64,000 bases of DNA from the NCBI GenBank assembly GCA_040386535.1, contig JAZKFH010000032.1:32001-96000 (forward strand), in the 5' to 3' direction. This DNA is from Myxococcota bacterium. Its GTDB lineage: Bacteria > Myxococcota_A > UBA796 > SXON01. Below, in pieces: positions 19,637 to 29,405 of the stretch. The notes beneath the pieces were generated by a model. That model saw only the letters and a list, made by a program, of their open reading frames with translations, made no database searches and was not told the origin of the DNA. The position numbers and the translations under genes were made by a program. The stretch's first letter is position 1. Every line of letters begins with the position of its first letter.

Positions 19637-21373
19637 CTAAGGCTTCTCGACGCCTCCGAGTGCCACCAGGAACGCCGGGTCGTCCACGCTCAAGGCGCCG
19701 GTGGAGGACCAAGCGAGCGTGCCCGAGGCATCGTAGAGAAACGTCCGAGGAAGCGCGCTCACCCCCAAGCGTCCGGCCAGATCGCTCGCGTCCGGGTGCA
19801 GCACGGTCAGCGTCGGCGCGCGCGCCTCGACCATCTTCCGAACGGACGCCCCCGCCGCAGCGCCGTCGACCGACAAGGCCAGAACCCGCACGCTCGGGTG
19901 CTTCCGTTGCAGCTCCGCCAGGGCCGGAAGCTCGTCGCGGCAGGGGCCACACCAGGTGGCCCACACGTTGAGGAGCACCGGCGAGCCTCGAAGCGCCTCG
20001 GCGCTCACGGTCGCGCCGGACAGGTCCGGCGCCTCGAAGGCGGGAAGCGTCGCGATCGCGGCCGCGGCCGTCGGGGGCTTCTCCGCTTGTTCGACCGGCG
20101 GCACCAGCGCCGGGTCGAAGGTGACAGCGGTGTTTTCTCCGTCCGGGACCGTCCACGAGACGATCGCCCGCGAACCATGCTTTGCCAGCCGAGGAAACCC
20201 CGTCGCACGCGCGGTGCCGCTTGCACCGAGCTCCAGAGAGGGCCCGACCCGCCCGTCCCGCCCTACGCGGCGGATCCGCACCCGGCCGTCCTCTTCCTCC
20301 GCGGACAGCCACACCACCAGCGCCGTGCCGTCCGGCTCCAGCAGGACGTCCGCCCTTCCGAGCGGCCGGGCATCCGTCGCGGCATCCACAACCGTCACCG
20401 CCGAGCCGAAGGTCGCGCCCGCATCGCCCGAGAACGCCGCGCGCACGGACTGGCGATCGCCCGACCCCGTGAACCAGGCGGCGACGACCTCCTCCCCGCG
20501 GGCATCGGCTGCCGGCCCGTTGACCGGGCAGCCGTGGATCACCCACCCGTCGGCGCCCAAGGGGATTCCGCCGGTCCAGCCGGCTCCTCCCGCGACGGCA
20601 GCGGAGATGTCCCGGCGCTCGTCCTCGGCGCGGTCCCGGTACACCACCACTCCCTTCCCCCCGGCGAGGACCGCATCGGTCGCGCAGCAGTCGCACGTGC
20701 GGGCGTCCACCACCTCGTCAGGCAGGAATCCCGATGGTCCCAGGAGGGCGGAGCGGAGCGCGGTCGCGCCCACGTGCACGCCATGGTGGCCGCCGGTCAT
20801 TTCGCGCCCATCGAGCCAGAAGACCCGGAGCCCGGCCGGCTCGGCGGCGTACGACAGGAAGCCTCGCTCGCCGGAGAGGCCCGCGGGGAACGGGACCGGA
20901 AGGGCTGTCCACGTGACCCCCTGATCGGTGGAGCGGACCATCGCGAAGTCGTAGGCATCGGGCGTGCTGCGGAACCAGTGCGCCACGAGCGTCCCGTCAG
21001 GCGAAACCCCGACAGAGGGGAAGTCTGCCCAGTTGGCGAGGATGTCCTTGCCCTGGGCGAGGTCGACGGGGACCGACCAGGACTCGCCGTGTCGGCGCGC
21101 GAAACGGACACGCCACGTCGGCTTCTCGTCGACCGCCGCCGACGCCCTTCCCGGCTCCTGCCAGACGTAGAGCAGGTCCTCCCCGTCCGCGGTGAAGCTG
21201 GGCGTGATGGCGCCCTTGCCGGACGGGAGGTCGAAGCCGGTGGGGCCAGCCGGCGCGACCACGACGGATTGAGCGTCCGAGGTCGTGGCGCGAGGGGAGT
21301 CGGGGCGGGGGGCCTCGCAGGCAGCGAACCCCAAAACCAACAAGGCGAGCACGCGAGCGACGGCGGAAGTCAT
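19637..21373 (-). CDS. BNR/sialidase-like propeller lipoprotein fused to a TlpA-family thioredoxin
   Basis: NWADFP, TCDCC and WVIHGCPVNGP, then LLNVWATWCGPCRDELP; ATG 21373 preceded by TATGCT-N7. Confidence 0.85.
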   Translation of the reverse strand: MTSAVARVLALLVLGFAACEAPRPDSPRATTSDAQSVVVAPAGPTGFDLPSGKGAITPSFTADGEDLLYVWQEPGRASAAVDEKPTWRVRFARRHGESWSVPVDLAQGKDILANWADFPSVGVSPDGTLVAHWFRSTPDAYDFAMVRSTDQGVTWTALPVPFPAGLSGERGFLSYAAEPAGLRVFWLDGREMTGGHHGVHVGATALRSALLGPSGFLPDEVVDARTCDCCATDAVLAGGKGVVVYRDRAEDERRDISAAVAGGAGWTGGIPLGADGWVIHGCPVNGPAADARGEEVVAAWFTGSGDRQSVRAAFSGDAGATFGSAVTVVDAATDARPLGRADVLLEPDGTALVVWLSAEEEDGRVRIRRVGRDGRVGPSLELGASGTARATGFPRLAKHGSRAIVSWTVPDGENTAVTFDPALVPPVEQAEKPPTAAAAIATLPAFEAPDLSGATVSAEALRGSPVLLNVWATWCGPCRDELPALAELQRKHPSVRVLALSVDGAAAGASVRKMVEARAPTLTVLHPDASDLAGRLGVSALPRTFLYDASGTLAWSSTGALSVDDPAFLVALGGVEKP

Positions 21374-21418
21374 TGGCGCCAGCATAGCGCGCACACTCCC
21401 AACGGCCCGGTTCCCGGG

Positions 21419-21437
21419 TGTAACCCCGCCGGTCACA
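21419..21437. promoter_or_regulatory. Recurrent palindrome copy (TGTAAC-N7-GTCACA)
   Basis: Near-perfect inverted repeat in a divergent intergenic region; extra GTTACA half-site at 21450. Confidence 0.6.
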
Positions 21438-21540
21438 ATGGCGCCGTCTGTTACACTCGACGATTGCGGCCGGGTTTACGCTTCCCCTTCATGGACGAGC
21501 GTGTACCTCGGGTATAGCTATCCGGCCGTTGGAGCCTGAC

Positions 21541-22347
21541 ATGCCCCTCTGGCTGGTGGCCCTGTCCTACGGGGCCGAACCGATCGTCGTGGGCTCCGTG
21601 CCCGACACCACGATTGACGTCGCGGTGAGTGTGGAAGTGGTCGTCCCGTGGAGCGAGGCCGGTCTCGTCCCGGCGCGGGCCGAGTCCCCACCCATCGGTC
21701 CAGACTTGTTGGCCATGGGGCCGGATGGCGAAGTCGCCTTCTACGACCCCGTTCACGCCAGCGTCGTGATCGTAGGCATGGGAAGTTTTCCGGTCGCGGG
21801 CGTGGATGACCTCCTGTTCACGCCGTCCGGCACGCTGCTGGTGCTCTCCGGTGGATTCCTGTCCGCATACGATGCCAGCGGCGTGCTCGTCGAGCGTCGC
21901 GCCCTTCCCGGCATGGTGCCGCCCGGCGGCGCCCTGGGTCTGGACGGTTCCGTCGTCTGCTCGCTGGATCTGTTCGGCGGCTGCCACACCATCGCGATCA
22001 TGACAGGTGGCGGCGGGCTCGCCAGCTACGACGGTCCGAGCCTCCGTCCACCCACGCGAGTCGTGCGGCGGGTCGGGGACGCGCTCTTCGTCAACGATCG
22101 ACGCATAGCGACCCTGGCTGGGCGCGGTGGCGGGCGGCTGCTCGGAGACTGGCTGTTGGTCGAAGAGATGGACGATGGGACGGTTAGCCGACGGGCCGTC
22201 TCGCTGCGCGACGGCGCCGAGGTGGCGTTGCCGGTCGAGGGGCGATTGTACGCGCCGAGCCGCGACGTGGCCTGCGCACCCGACGGGACGCTCGGGTGGA
22301 TCGATCCCCGCGCGGATGGCCTCCACATCGCCCAGGTGACGCCATGA
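21541..22347 (+). CDS. Hypothetical secreted protein (propeller-like)
   Basis: ATG after GGAG; short signal peptide; coupled to the next gene. Confidence 0.65.
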   Translation: MPLWLVALSYGAEPIVVGSVPDTTIDVAVSVEVVVPWSEAGLVPARAESPPIGPDLLAMGPDGEVAFYDPVHASVVIVGMGSFPVAGVDDLLFTPSGTLLVLSGGFLSAYDASGVLVERRALPGMVPPGGALGLDGSVVCSLDLFGGCHTIAIMTGGGGLASYDGPSLRPPTRVVRRVGDALFVNDRRIATLAGRGGGRLLGDWLLVEEMDDGTVSRRAVSLRDGAEVALPVEGRLYAPSRDVACAPDGTLGWIDPRADGLHIAQVTP

Positions 22348-23570
22348 TCGCCCTCCTGCTCGTGGCCTCGGCATCCGCCATCCCGCGCGAGGACGTCCTC
22401 GACAACGCAGCCCGGTACGCGACGCATGCCTGGACCTCGTCCTCCGACAACCAGGCCGCAGTGTGCTCCGACGGCGACTATGAGAGCGATTACCCCTCTG
22501 GCGACTACGTCGGCCTTCCCTACGACTGGGGCGGGTACGTCACCTTGGACGAGTTCGACGAGCAGATCGCCGACGGGTACGGCGCCGGTAGCCACTCCTG
22601 GCACGGCATCCTCTCTTGCACGACGGGCGTGGACTGCTCGGGCTTCGTCTCCATGATCTGGGAGACGGGCCACTACTCGACGTCGTCGTTCGGCAGCGGA
22701 CCCACTGGGGAGGTCGACTGGTCCGAGTTGAAACGCGGGGACGCGATCAACGACCCGGGCAGCCACATGGTCCTGTACACGCACGAAACCGACGCAGGCT
22801 GGCCGGTGTTCTACGAGGCCGTCGGCTCCGCCTCCAAGACGCGCCTGAACTCGACCTCCGGCTGGTCGTACGTCGATGGCTACCAGCCCATCCGTTACGA
22901 CGACATCGAGGACGGGCCCGTCTCCGGCACGGAGGGCACGCCGCGGGACATCGAGGCCTTCCCGTACCACGACTTCCGCTGGACGGCGGGCGCGGCATCC
23001 GACGTGATCGACAGCTACTCGTGCGCCCCCACGACGGATGAATCCGGTCCCGAAGTGCTCTACCGGTTCCAGGCCGCGACCGCGGGAACGCTCTCGGTGG
23101 ACGTGAGCGATGACGTGGGCGTCGACGTTGACATCCACGTACTGACGGGCCCCGACGGCGGCGATTGCGTCGCACGCAACGACAGCACGCTCTCGGTGGA
23201 CGTGGGCCCGGGCGAGGTGTGGATCATCGCGGACACCTACGTCGGCGCGAGCGAGTTCCCCGGCCCCTACCTGCTCTCGGCGACGTTCGACGGCGAGCTC
23301 GGCGAGCTCGACGAGACCGACCCCGTTGAGGACACCGCCGCCGACACGGCGGGGGGGGAGCCCGGGCCGGACGACACGGACACGGACTCGGAGGGCGTGG
23401 AGGACGACCCGGCGGACCTCGGGCGCGGGCGCGGCGAGCCGCGCCGGCTTGTCCGACCGGAACCGGAGGGGGGCTGCGCGTGCGCTGGCTCCCCGGGTAC
23501 GAGCGCTCCAGGCCCGTTTGCCTTCCTGCTGGCTGCCGGGATGGTGTTCTCCATCCGACGGCGCGTCTGA
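22344..23570 (+). CDS. NlpC/P60-like peptidase with PPC-like domain and MYXO-CTERM-like tail
   Basis: GLPYDWGG, GVDCSGFVS, GDAIN..SHMVL; GGCAC-hydrophobic-RRR tail. Confidence 0.8.
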   Translation: MIALLLVASASAIPREDVLDNAARYATHAWTSSSDNQAAVCSDGDYESDYPSGDYVGLPYDWGGYVTLDEFDEQIADGYGAGSHSWHGILSCTTGVDCSGFVSMIWETGHYSTSSFGSGPTGEVDWSELKRGDAINDPGSHMVLYTHETDAGWPVFYEAVGSASKTRLNSTSGWSYVDGYQPIRYDDIEDGPVSGTEGTPRDIEAFPYHDFRWTAGAASDVIDSYSCAPTTDESGPEVLYRFQAATAGTLSVDVSDDVGVDVDIHVLTGPDGGDCVARNDSTLSVDVGPGEVWIIADTYVGASEFPGPYLLSATFDGELGELDETDPVEDTAADTAGGEPGPDDTDTDSEGVEDDPADLGRGRGEPRRLVRPEPEGGCACAGSPGTSAPGPFAFLLAAGMVFSIRRRV

Positions 23571-23583
23571 GCCTGGCAGTCCA

Positions 23584-24594
23584 TTGACCCGTGCGCCCCG
23601 GGATGCGAGCAGAGCGCCACCCCTCCGCTTCGGCACGTACCCAACCCCGGTCGAGCCTCTGCCTTCGCTGTCGAACGCGAGCACGGGCCTCTGGATCAAG
23701 CACGACGATCGCACGTCGACCCTCTACGGCGGAAACAAGGTCCGCAAGCTCGAGCACATCCTGGCCCAGGCGAAGGCCCGGGGGGCCGAGCGCCTGGTCA
23801 CGATGGGTGCCGTCGGCAGCCACCATGTGCTCGCGACCGCCATCTACGGGAGGCAGTTCGGCTTCGAGGTAGAGGCCGTCCTCGTTCCGCAGCCCCGGAC
23901 CGACCACGCGGTAGCAAACGTGCGCGCGGGCCTGGCACAGGGGCTCCGGGTCTTCCCCGTTTCCACCTACGCCGGCGTGCCGCCTCGGGTCGTGTCGCGC
24001 CTGCTCGTTCCCGGGGCGTTTCTGGTCCCGCCGGGAGGCTCTTCGCTCGCGGGCGCAATGGGGTACGTCGAAGCGGCACATGAGCTTGCCAGCCAGGTAC
24101 GATCGGGCCAGCTGCCGGAGCCGGACCTCGTGGTCGTCGCGGCGGGCTCAGGGGGCACGGCCGCAGGGCTCGCGGCGGGGTTGGCGTTGGAAGGCCTCCG
24201 TTCGCGCGTCGTGGGTGTCAGCGTGACCCCGCCGACCGCACTGCTCGGCGCCTACACCCGCATGCTCGCGCTGCGTTGCCTCCGCGCCGCGGGCGCCCCC
24301 GACGAGGATGTCCCTGCGCGCCTGTCCCTGGAAGGGGGCTACCTCGGAGCCGGGTACGGCCATCCCACACAGGAGGGCGCGGACGCCACCGAACGTGCCG
24401 CCGCTGTCGGCATCGAGCTGGACGCCACCTACACCGCCAAGGCCTTTGCGGCGGCCCTCGACCTCGTGGGCGCGGCCCGCGTCGCCACCATCCTCTACTG
24501 GCACACGCTCTCGACCGCGAGCATGGAGCCGCTCCTCCAAGGGGCACCGCAGGAAGAGGCGCTCCCGCTCGGGGTGCGGCGCCTCCTCCTGTGA
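23584..24594 (+). CDS. D-cysteine desulfhydrase/ACC deaminase family PLP enzyme
   Basis: PTPV, YGGNKVRKLE, GSGGTAAG, LDATYTAKA; start uncertain (TTG 23584). Confidence 0.88.
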   Translation: MTRAPRDASRAPPLRFGTYPTPVEPLPSLSNASTGLWIKHDDRTSTLYGGNKVRKLEHILAQAKARGAERLVTMGAVGSHHVLATAIYGRQFGFEVEAVLVPQPRTDHAVANVRAGLAQGLRVFPVSTYAGVPPRVVSRLLVPGAFLVPPGGSSLAGAMGYVEAAHELASQVRSGQLPEPDLVVVAAGSGGTAAGLAAGLALEGLRSRVVGVSVTPPTALLGAYTRMLALRCLRAAGAPDEDVPARLSLEGGYLGAGYGHPTQEGADATERAAAVGIELDATYTAKAFAAALDLVGAARVATILYWHTLSTASMEPLLQGAPQEEALPLGVRRLLL

Positions 24595-24610
24595 GGATAC
24601 CGTGCCGTCC

Positions 24611-24829
24611 ATGGAGGCCATGTTGGAAGAAATCACGCTGAAGGTGGACGGAATGACCTGCGGGGGCTGCGTCAACGGGGTCGAGAAAGCGGTGTCCCGA
24701 GTCCGAGGTGTCACCGAAGTCAAGGTTGACCTGAAGGCGGGCACCGCGCGCGTCCGCGGCACCGCGCTCGACGCCGAGACGCTGGTCGCCGTCGTGTACG
24801 ACGCCGGGTACGAGGCGCGTGTCGAATGA
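24611..24829 (+). CDS. copZ: CopZ-like HMA copper chaperone
   Basis: 72 aa; GMTCGGC...AGY. Confidence 0.88.
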   Translation: MEAMLEEITLKVDGMTCGGCVNGVEKAVSRVRGVTEVKVDLKAGTARVRGTALDAETLVAVVYDAGYEARVE

Positions 24830-25478
24830 GCGGCCGGGCGAGCGCCCCGGCTACATCCCGGCGTTGGGCTTCCACTCCCTGACCCGGGTGTTCGACCCGC
24901 TCCTCAAGTGGACGATGCGGGACGAGCGCTTCAAGACGCGCCTGCTCGATCAAGCGGGGATCGGCCCCGGCATCCGAGCACTCGATCTCGGATGCGGGAC
25001 GGGTACGCTCGCCGTGCTCGCCGCGCAGCGAGGAGCGGAAATCACAGGTGTGGACGCCGATGCGACCGCGCTCGGGCTCGCGCGCGAGAAGGCGGCGGCG
25101 CTGCCCGTAACGTTCGTGGAGGGTCTCACCACCGAGGTGGAGCTGCCCCCCGGCAGCTTCGACCGCGTGCTCTCGAGCCTGTTCTTCCATCACCTCCTGC
25201 CGGACGCCAAGGCCGCGACACTGGCCCGTGCGCATGAATGGCTGCGCCCCGGCGGGTCGATCCACATCGCCGATTGGGGACGCGCAGCCAACCCGTTGAT
25301 GCGGGGCCTCTACTACAGCGTCCAGTTGCTGGACGGGTTCTCGACCACCGAGGACAACGTCCGCGGACTGCTGCCCGCCATGTTGCGACAGGCCGGATTC
25401 GAGGAGGTCGAGGAGACGCGGACCGAAGCCACCGTGTTCGGCACGCTGTCGTTCTACCGGGGGCTCCGTCCGGCGTGA
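24819..25478 (+). CDS. Class I SAM-dependent methyltransferase
   Basis: LDLGCGTG, FDRVLSSLFFHHL, LRPGG. Confidence 0.9.
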   Translation: MSNERPGERPGYIPALGFHSLTRVFDPLLKWTMRDERFKTRLLDQAGIGPGIRALDLGCGTGTLAVLAAQRGAEITGVDADATALGLAREKAAALPVTFVEGLTTEVELPPGSFDRVLSSLFFHHLLPDAKAATLARAHEWLRPGGSIHIADWGRAANPLMRGLYYSVQLLDGFSTTEDNVRGLLPAMLRQAGFEEVEETRTEATVFGTLSFYRGLRPA

Positions 25479-25485
25479 GCCTTTG

Positions 25486-26343
25486 TCATCGGCGTTCGAG
25501 AAGATAGTATTTGTACCGTAGGAACCCCGCGTCGAAGCCGGCCCGGATGTAGAGCGCGGCGGGGAACTGCTCCTTGATGAGCCGAAGGCACTCCGGGCCC
25601 AGCGACGCGGCCTTGTCCACCAAACCTGGCAGGTTCTCCAACGTCAGCTCCTTGATCGCCCGGATGGCGCTTTCGTAGGCATACTCCCAGTTGCGACGGG
25701 TGCAGTGGTTGAGGTCTTCGGCCTCGAGGATGTGGAAGTAGGGGCGGAAGTGGACCTCGTACGCCTCCCCCGTCTCGAGCGACGGGATGGCCCAATACCG
25801 CATGAAGGGCTCCAGCACGAGCTCCTCCTGCACCGGGGTCAGCCCCTCCGCCCGGCACCAGTCGATCCACAAGAGTCGGCCGCCCGGCCGCATCACCTGC
25901 GCTGTTCGTCGAATCGCGAGCGCCTTGTCCGGCAGGTAGCAGGCGGCATCCATGAAAGCGACGGCATCAAAGGTTTCAGGCAGCTCGTGAACCTGCATGA
26001 TGTCGTGACGTCGGAAGGTGAGGTTCGGGAGGACTCTCTGGCGCGCCCGGGAGAGTTGGGTGTCGGAGATGTCGATGCCGGTCACCTTGCCGCTGGTGTT
26101 GCGGGCCATGATCTCGGCGAAACCACCGCGGCCGCAGGCCATCTCCAGCGTCTGCCGCGCGTCGGCCACCCTGAGCGCGCGTACATAGCGGTCGTGAGTG
26201 CGCCCGAACGCCTCGTCCCACGTCTCGTCGCCCTCGAACAGCGCGAAGTGGAAGTACTCGTGCCAGTAGCGGGCGTAGAGCTCGCTCACCGCTGCGAACA
26301 TCTCCTGCATGTCGGCCGCGTGGAAACCATCCCGTGTGACCAC
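25486..26343 (-). CDS. SAM-dependent methyltransferase (sterol/tocopherol-MT-like)
   Basis: WHEYFHFA, LEMACGRGG, GIDIS, MRPGG. Confidence 0.85.
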   Translation of the reverse strand: MVTRDGFHAADMQEMFAAVSELYARYWHEYFHFALFEGDETWDEAFGRTHDRYVRALRVADARQTLEMACGRGGFAEIMARNTSGKVTGIDISDTQLSRARQRVLPNLTFRRHDIMQVHELPETFDAVAFMDAACYLPDKALAIRRTAQVMRPGGRLLWIDWCRAEGLTPVQEELVLEPFMRYWAIPSLETGEAYEVHFRPYFHILEAEDLNHCTRRNWEYAYESAIRAIKELTLENLPGLVDKAASLGPECLRLIKEQFPAALYIRAGFDAGFLRYKYYLLERR

Positions 26344-26405
26344 CTCGCCCTCCTCTTGATCAGTTACCTGCCGTGAAGGTTAGCCACGGAGGGGTGCCGG
26401 GAACC

Positions 26406-26424
26406 TGTGGCCGTATGGGTCACA
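26406..26424. promoter_or_regulatory. Recurrent palindrome copy (TGTGGC-N7-GTCACA)
   Basis: 23 nt upstream of a minus-strand TAACCT -10-like box. Confidence 0.6.
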
Positions 26425-26598
26425 GAGTGCCTGGGCCCGCTCGCTTCGACCCTTTGGAACAGATAAATTGGCGAGAGCGCCGCTGGCGGCGGTGATACGA
26501 CCGCTGCTCCCGACGACGCTCGGGTGTGCAACCTGCGCGCGGGCCTCCTGTGGGGCGTACGGTCGTCGTGTCTCGACCCCTGGGGGCCGCACCGGAAC

Positions 26599-26617
26599 CG
26601 TGACCCGCGCTGTTACT
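26599..26617. promoter_or_regulatory. Recurrent palindrome copy (CGTGAC-N7-GTTACT)
   Basis: Upstream of the lipoprotein gene at 26672. Confidence 0.5.
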
Positions 26618-26671
26618 CTTCCACTTCGCCTCCAAACCATCTAAGGAGACAGGCCTCTACCGGAGACCCTG

Positions 26672-27070
26672 ATGTTCCGCCTGTTCGCCCCCGTACTCCT
26701 CCTGGCCGCCTGCACCGGCAAGGCCGCCGACGACACCGGCGCTCCCGCCGACGACACCTCGACGGACACCGACACCGACACAACGCCCGCGTGTGCCACC
26801 TTGAGCTCAGGCGACGACTGGGCCTGGAACGGCGAGTGCCCCCAGATGCGCACCCCGTGCGACATCGTCGTGGAGGAGTGCGCGGTTTCGATCGACTACT
26901 CGACGGACGGCGGCATGACGATGGGCATGCCCTACGTCGCCACGATCGACGGGGACACGATCACGTTCGAAGACGGGGACTCCATCACCGGCTGCGTGGG
27001 TACGATCGAGGACGCCGACACCATCTCGGGCACCTGCGACGGGGGCTGCACGTTCACGCTCCGCCGGTAG
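26672..27070 (+). CDS. Small Cys/Met-containing lipoprotein (uncharacterised)
   Basis: LAAC lipobox, DT linker, GMTMGMP, SGTCDGG; similar to 28467-28844. Confidence 0.8.
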   Translation: MFRLFAPVLLLAACTGKAADDTGAPADDTSTDTDTDTTPACATLSSGDDWAWNGECPQMRTPCDIVVEECAVSIDYSTDGGMTMGMPYVATIDGDTITFEDGDSITGCVGTIEDADTISGTCDGGCTFTLRR

Positions 27071-27103
27071 GCGTGCGCGGCTGACACTCTCGCGCCGCCG
27101 CCG

Positions 27104-27122
27104 CGTGACACCGGCGGTGACA
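27104..27122. promoter_or_regulatory. Recurrent palindrome copy (CGTGAC-N7-GTGACA)
   Basis: 23 nt upstream of TATGAC, ahead of the DUF326 gene. Confidence 0.45.
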
Positions 27123-27191
27123 CTTCCCCGCTCCGGGCGAGTGGGTATGACTCCCCTGATCCTCGGCTTTTTCCGGGGATCCGGAACGAAC

Positions 27192-27572
27192 GTGCGCCAG
27201 CAGACGTCTACCACCTCCGCGCCGGGCAAGGGCATCTCTCTAACGGCGCAGATCCAGCAGTGCCTCGACGCGTGCTACGCCTGCGCAACGGCCTGCGGCG
27301 CGTGCGGCACCGCGTGTGTCGACGCCGCGCGGCCCGAGCTCGCGAAGTGCGCCCGGCTCTGCCTCGACACCCAACAGGTCATCCTCACCACCACCGCGTT
27401 GATGAGCCGCCTCTCCGCCGTGGACGCTGCGGCCTGTGAGTTCTGCGCAAAGGTCTGCGAGGCATGCGCCACTGAGTGCGAACGGCACGCCGCCCACCAC
27501 GAGCACTGCCGGCAATGCGCCGAGGCCTGCCGCCGGTGCGCGGCCGAGTGCGCGCGGATGGCCGCCGTGTAG
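27192..27572 (+). CDS. Four-helix-bundle copper-binding/storage protein (DUF326, Csp3-like)
   Basis: Dense CxxxC/CxxC repeats, CERH..HEHCRQCAEACRRCA; start GTG 27192 or ATG 27147. Confidence 0.9.
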   Translation: MRQQTSTTSAPGKGISLTAQIQQCLDACYACATACGACGTACVDAARPELAKCARLCLDTQQVILTTTALMSRLSAVDAAACEFCAKVCEACATECERHAAHHEHCRQCAEACRRCAAECARMAAV

Positions 27573-27623
27573 CTCCTGCGCCGCGTGTCTCTGGGGTCGG
27601 CCTGTCGAGCTCCTGGAGCAGGC

Positions 27624-28421
27624 ATGCCCCGCGCCCGCGTCGACTTCCGCGTGGTCTCCCGCCGTGACGTCCTGGCCGGCCTCGCCGCGGCTACGGGCGC
27701 AGCAGCCTGCGACAACACCTCGTTCCCGTCGCCGGGGGGCACGGGAGCGGGTGCCGAGGCGGCGGCCCCTGGTGAGCCGATCGCCCCGATCACCGCAAAT
27801 GTCGATTTCTACGTGACTAGCTGCTGCGGCACGAACGAGTACAACCTTGCCATCTCCAACGCCGTGTGGACAGGCCTGCCACTGCGCGACATCTTCGAGT
27901 CCTTGGGTGTAACCATCCCTGTCACAGCCCTGGAGCTCGTCTTCACGTCCGCGGACGGCTACTCGACCTCGCTGCCGGTCTCCGACATCGACAAGCCGCT
28001 CTGGCTCGTCTGGCGGATGAATGGCGAGCCGCTGCCCGCCACGCACGGCTACCCCGCGCGCCTGCTCGTCCCCGGGCGCTACGGGATGAAGAACCCCAAG
28101 TGGATCGTCGGCATCACCTTCACCGACACCCCCTACACCGGCGGCCACTGGGAGTCCTACGGCTGGTCGAACGAGGCGACCTATCGACCCAACGCGCTCG
28201 TCCGCGAGCCCGGCCGCCGCGCCACGGTTGAGGTCGGCCCAGTCCTCGTGCAGGACATGGCGTTCGCCGGGAGCGACCCGATCGCGCGCGTTCAGGTCCG
28301 CTTCGACGGCGGCGACTGGACCGAAGCAACGCTCGATTACGCGCCCGGCCCCGATGTGTGGACCCTCTGGCACATCGACTGGGATGCCCCGGTGGGCAGC
28401 ATGGAGGTCGAGGTCGTGTAG
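27624..28421 (+). pseudogene. Tat-exported sulfite-oxidase-family molybdoenzyme, internally deleted and C-terminally truncated
   Basis: SRRDVL Tat motif; ISNAVWTG, MNGEPLP..HGYPARL..PGRYGMKNPKW; segment between FYV and the Mo-Cys missing; early stop. Confidence 0.65.
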
Positions 28422-28466
28422 AAGCCGGCAACGGTGAAAGCGTAGGATGGAGTACGCCGCGAACGG

Positions 28467-28844
28467 CTATTCGTCCGCTGAAAACTCGAACCCGTCCCCG
28501 TTGTCGCACGTCCCCGAGAACGCCGTTGACGCACTGGCCGTGCCCGTGCACTCACGCCACCCGGACGTGAGCCCGTCGAGGGTCAGGGCGTCGCCATCGA
28601 GCGCGCCGCCCGTCGGCAGGTCCCCCATTGCCATGCTCCAACTGTCGAGCGTGAACGTGCAGGAGACCTCGTCCATGGTGAGCTCGACGAACATGTCGCC
28701 GCTGCCTTCGGGCATGCCGAGGGCGGCGCCGACGCCCAGCCAGCTCCCTGAGGTGAGCGCCGTGCAGGTGTCTCCCCCTTCGAGGGCCTCCGGCTTCTCG
28801 GGCGTGCAGGCGGAGAGCAGGAAGAGAACGAGGAGGGCGCGCAT
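28467..28844 (-). CDS. Small Cys/Met-containing lipoprotein; paralog of 26672-27070
   Basis: ATG 28844 after GGAG; LSAC; CTALTSG.W, SMAMG.LP, DGD, C.GT, SGTCD.G. Confidence 0.78.
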   Translation of the reverse strand: MRALLVLFLLSACTPEKPEALEGGDTCTALTSGSWLGVGAALGMPEGSGDMFVELTMDEVSCTFTLDSWSMAMGDLPTGGALDGDALTLDGLTSGWRECTGTASASTAFSGTCDNGDGFEFSADE

Positions 28845-28861
28845 GAGAACTCCAGCGGTCG

Positions 28862-28880
28862 GATACCCCGGTGGGGTATC
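28862..28880. promoter_or_regulatory. CsoR/RcnR-type operator
   Basis: Perfect inverted repeat GATACCCC-GGT-GGGGTATC between divergent genes; overlaps TATCAT. Confidence 0.75.
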
Positions 28881-28940
28881 ATCCTCGTGCCGTTGTCGGG
28901 ATACCCGAAAGGCGTCCCCTTCGCACGCGGGAGGTACCGG

Positions 28941-29405
28941 ATGATTGCGCGCCTGCTCCTCGCCCTTCTCCTGACAACGGGTGCGCCGGCCCGCGCGAGC
29001 GACATTCCCTTCGCCGCCCCGGCCATCGCCACGACCTCGCTCCACGGGTACGACGCCGTGCGCGCCCGCCTCGTCGCCGACGATCTGACCGGAACGGCCG
29101 CGGCGGCACGCGCGCTCGCCGCCTCCGATCCGGCGCTGGCCCCCCCGGCAACCGCTGTAGCGGAGGCCGTCGATCTCGCGGCCATGCGCGTCGCCTTCGG
29201 GGAGCTCTCCCGCGCTGTTGCGCTCGGCTTGGGGAGCGCAGCCCCGCCCGCGAAGGTCTGGGCCTACCGGTGCCCGATGGTCGGCGGCTACGGCTACTGG
29301 TTGCAGACCTCGGCGGGGCTCGCGAACCCCTACATGGGCCAGGCGATGCCGGCGTGCGGCGAGGGCGTGGCGCTGAAGGCCGCGATCAAGGCCGCCGCGC
29401 CGTGA
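28941..29405 (+). CDS. DUF3347 domain periplasmic protein
   Basis: Y..V...LVADD, R.AF..LS, CPM....WLQ.....NPYMG..M..CG; GGAGG RBS. Confidence 0.85.
   Translation: MIARLLLALLLTTGAPARASDIPFAAPAIATTSLHGYDAVRARLVADDLTGTAAAARALAASDPALAPPATAVAEAVDLAAMRVAFGELSRAVALGLGSAAPPAKVWAYRCPMVGGYGYWLQTSAGLANPYMGQAMPACGEGVALKAAIKAAAP

Noticed and set aside
23326..23583. Long N-terminal extension of the PLP enzyme ORF
   Set aside because: Overlaps the upstream gene's C-terminus and reads as shadow sequence; family similarity starts near 23630
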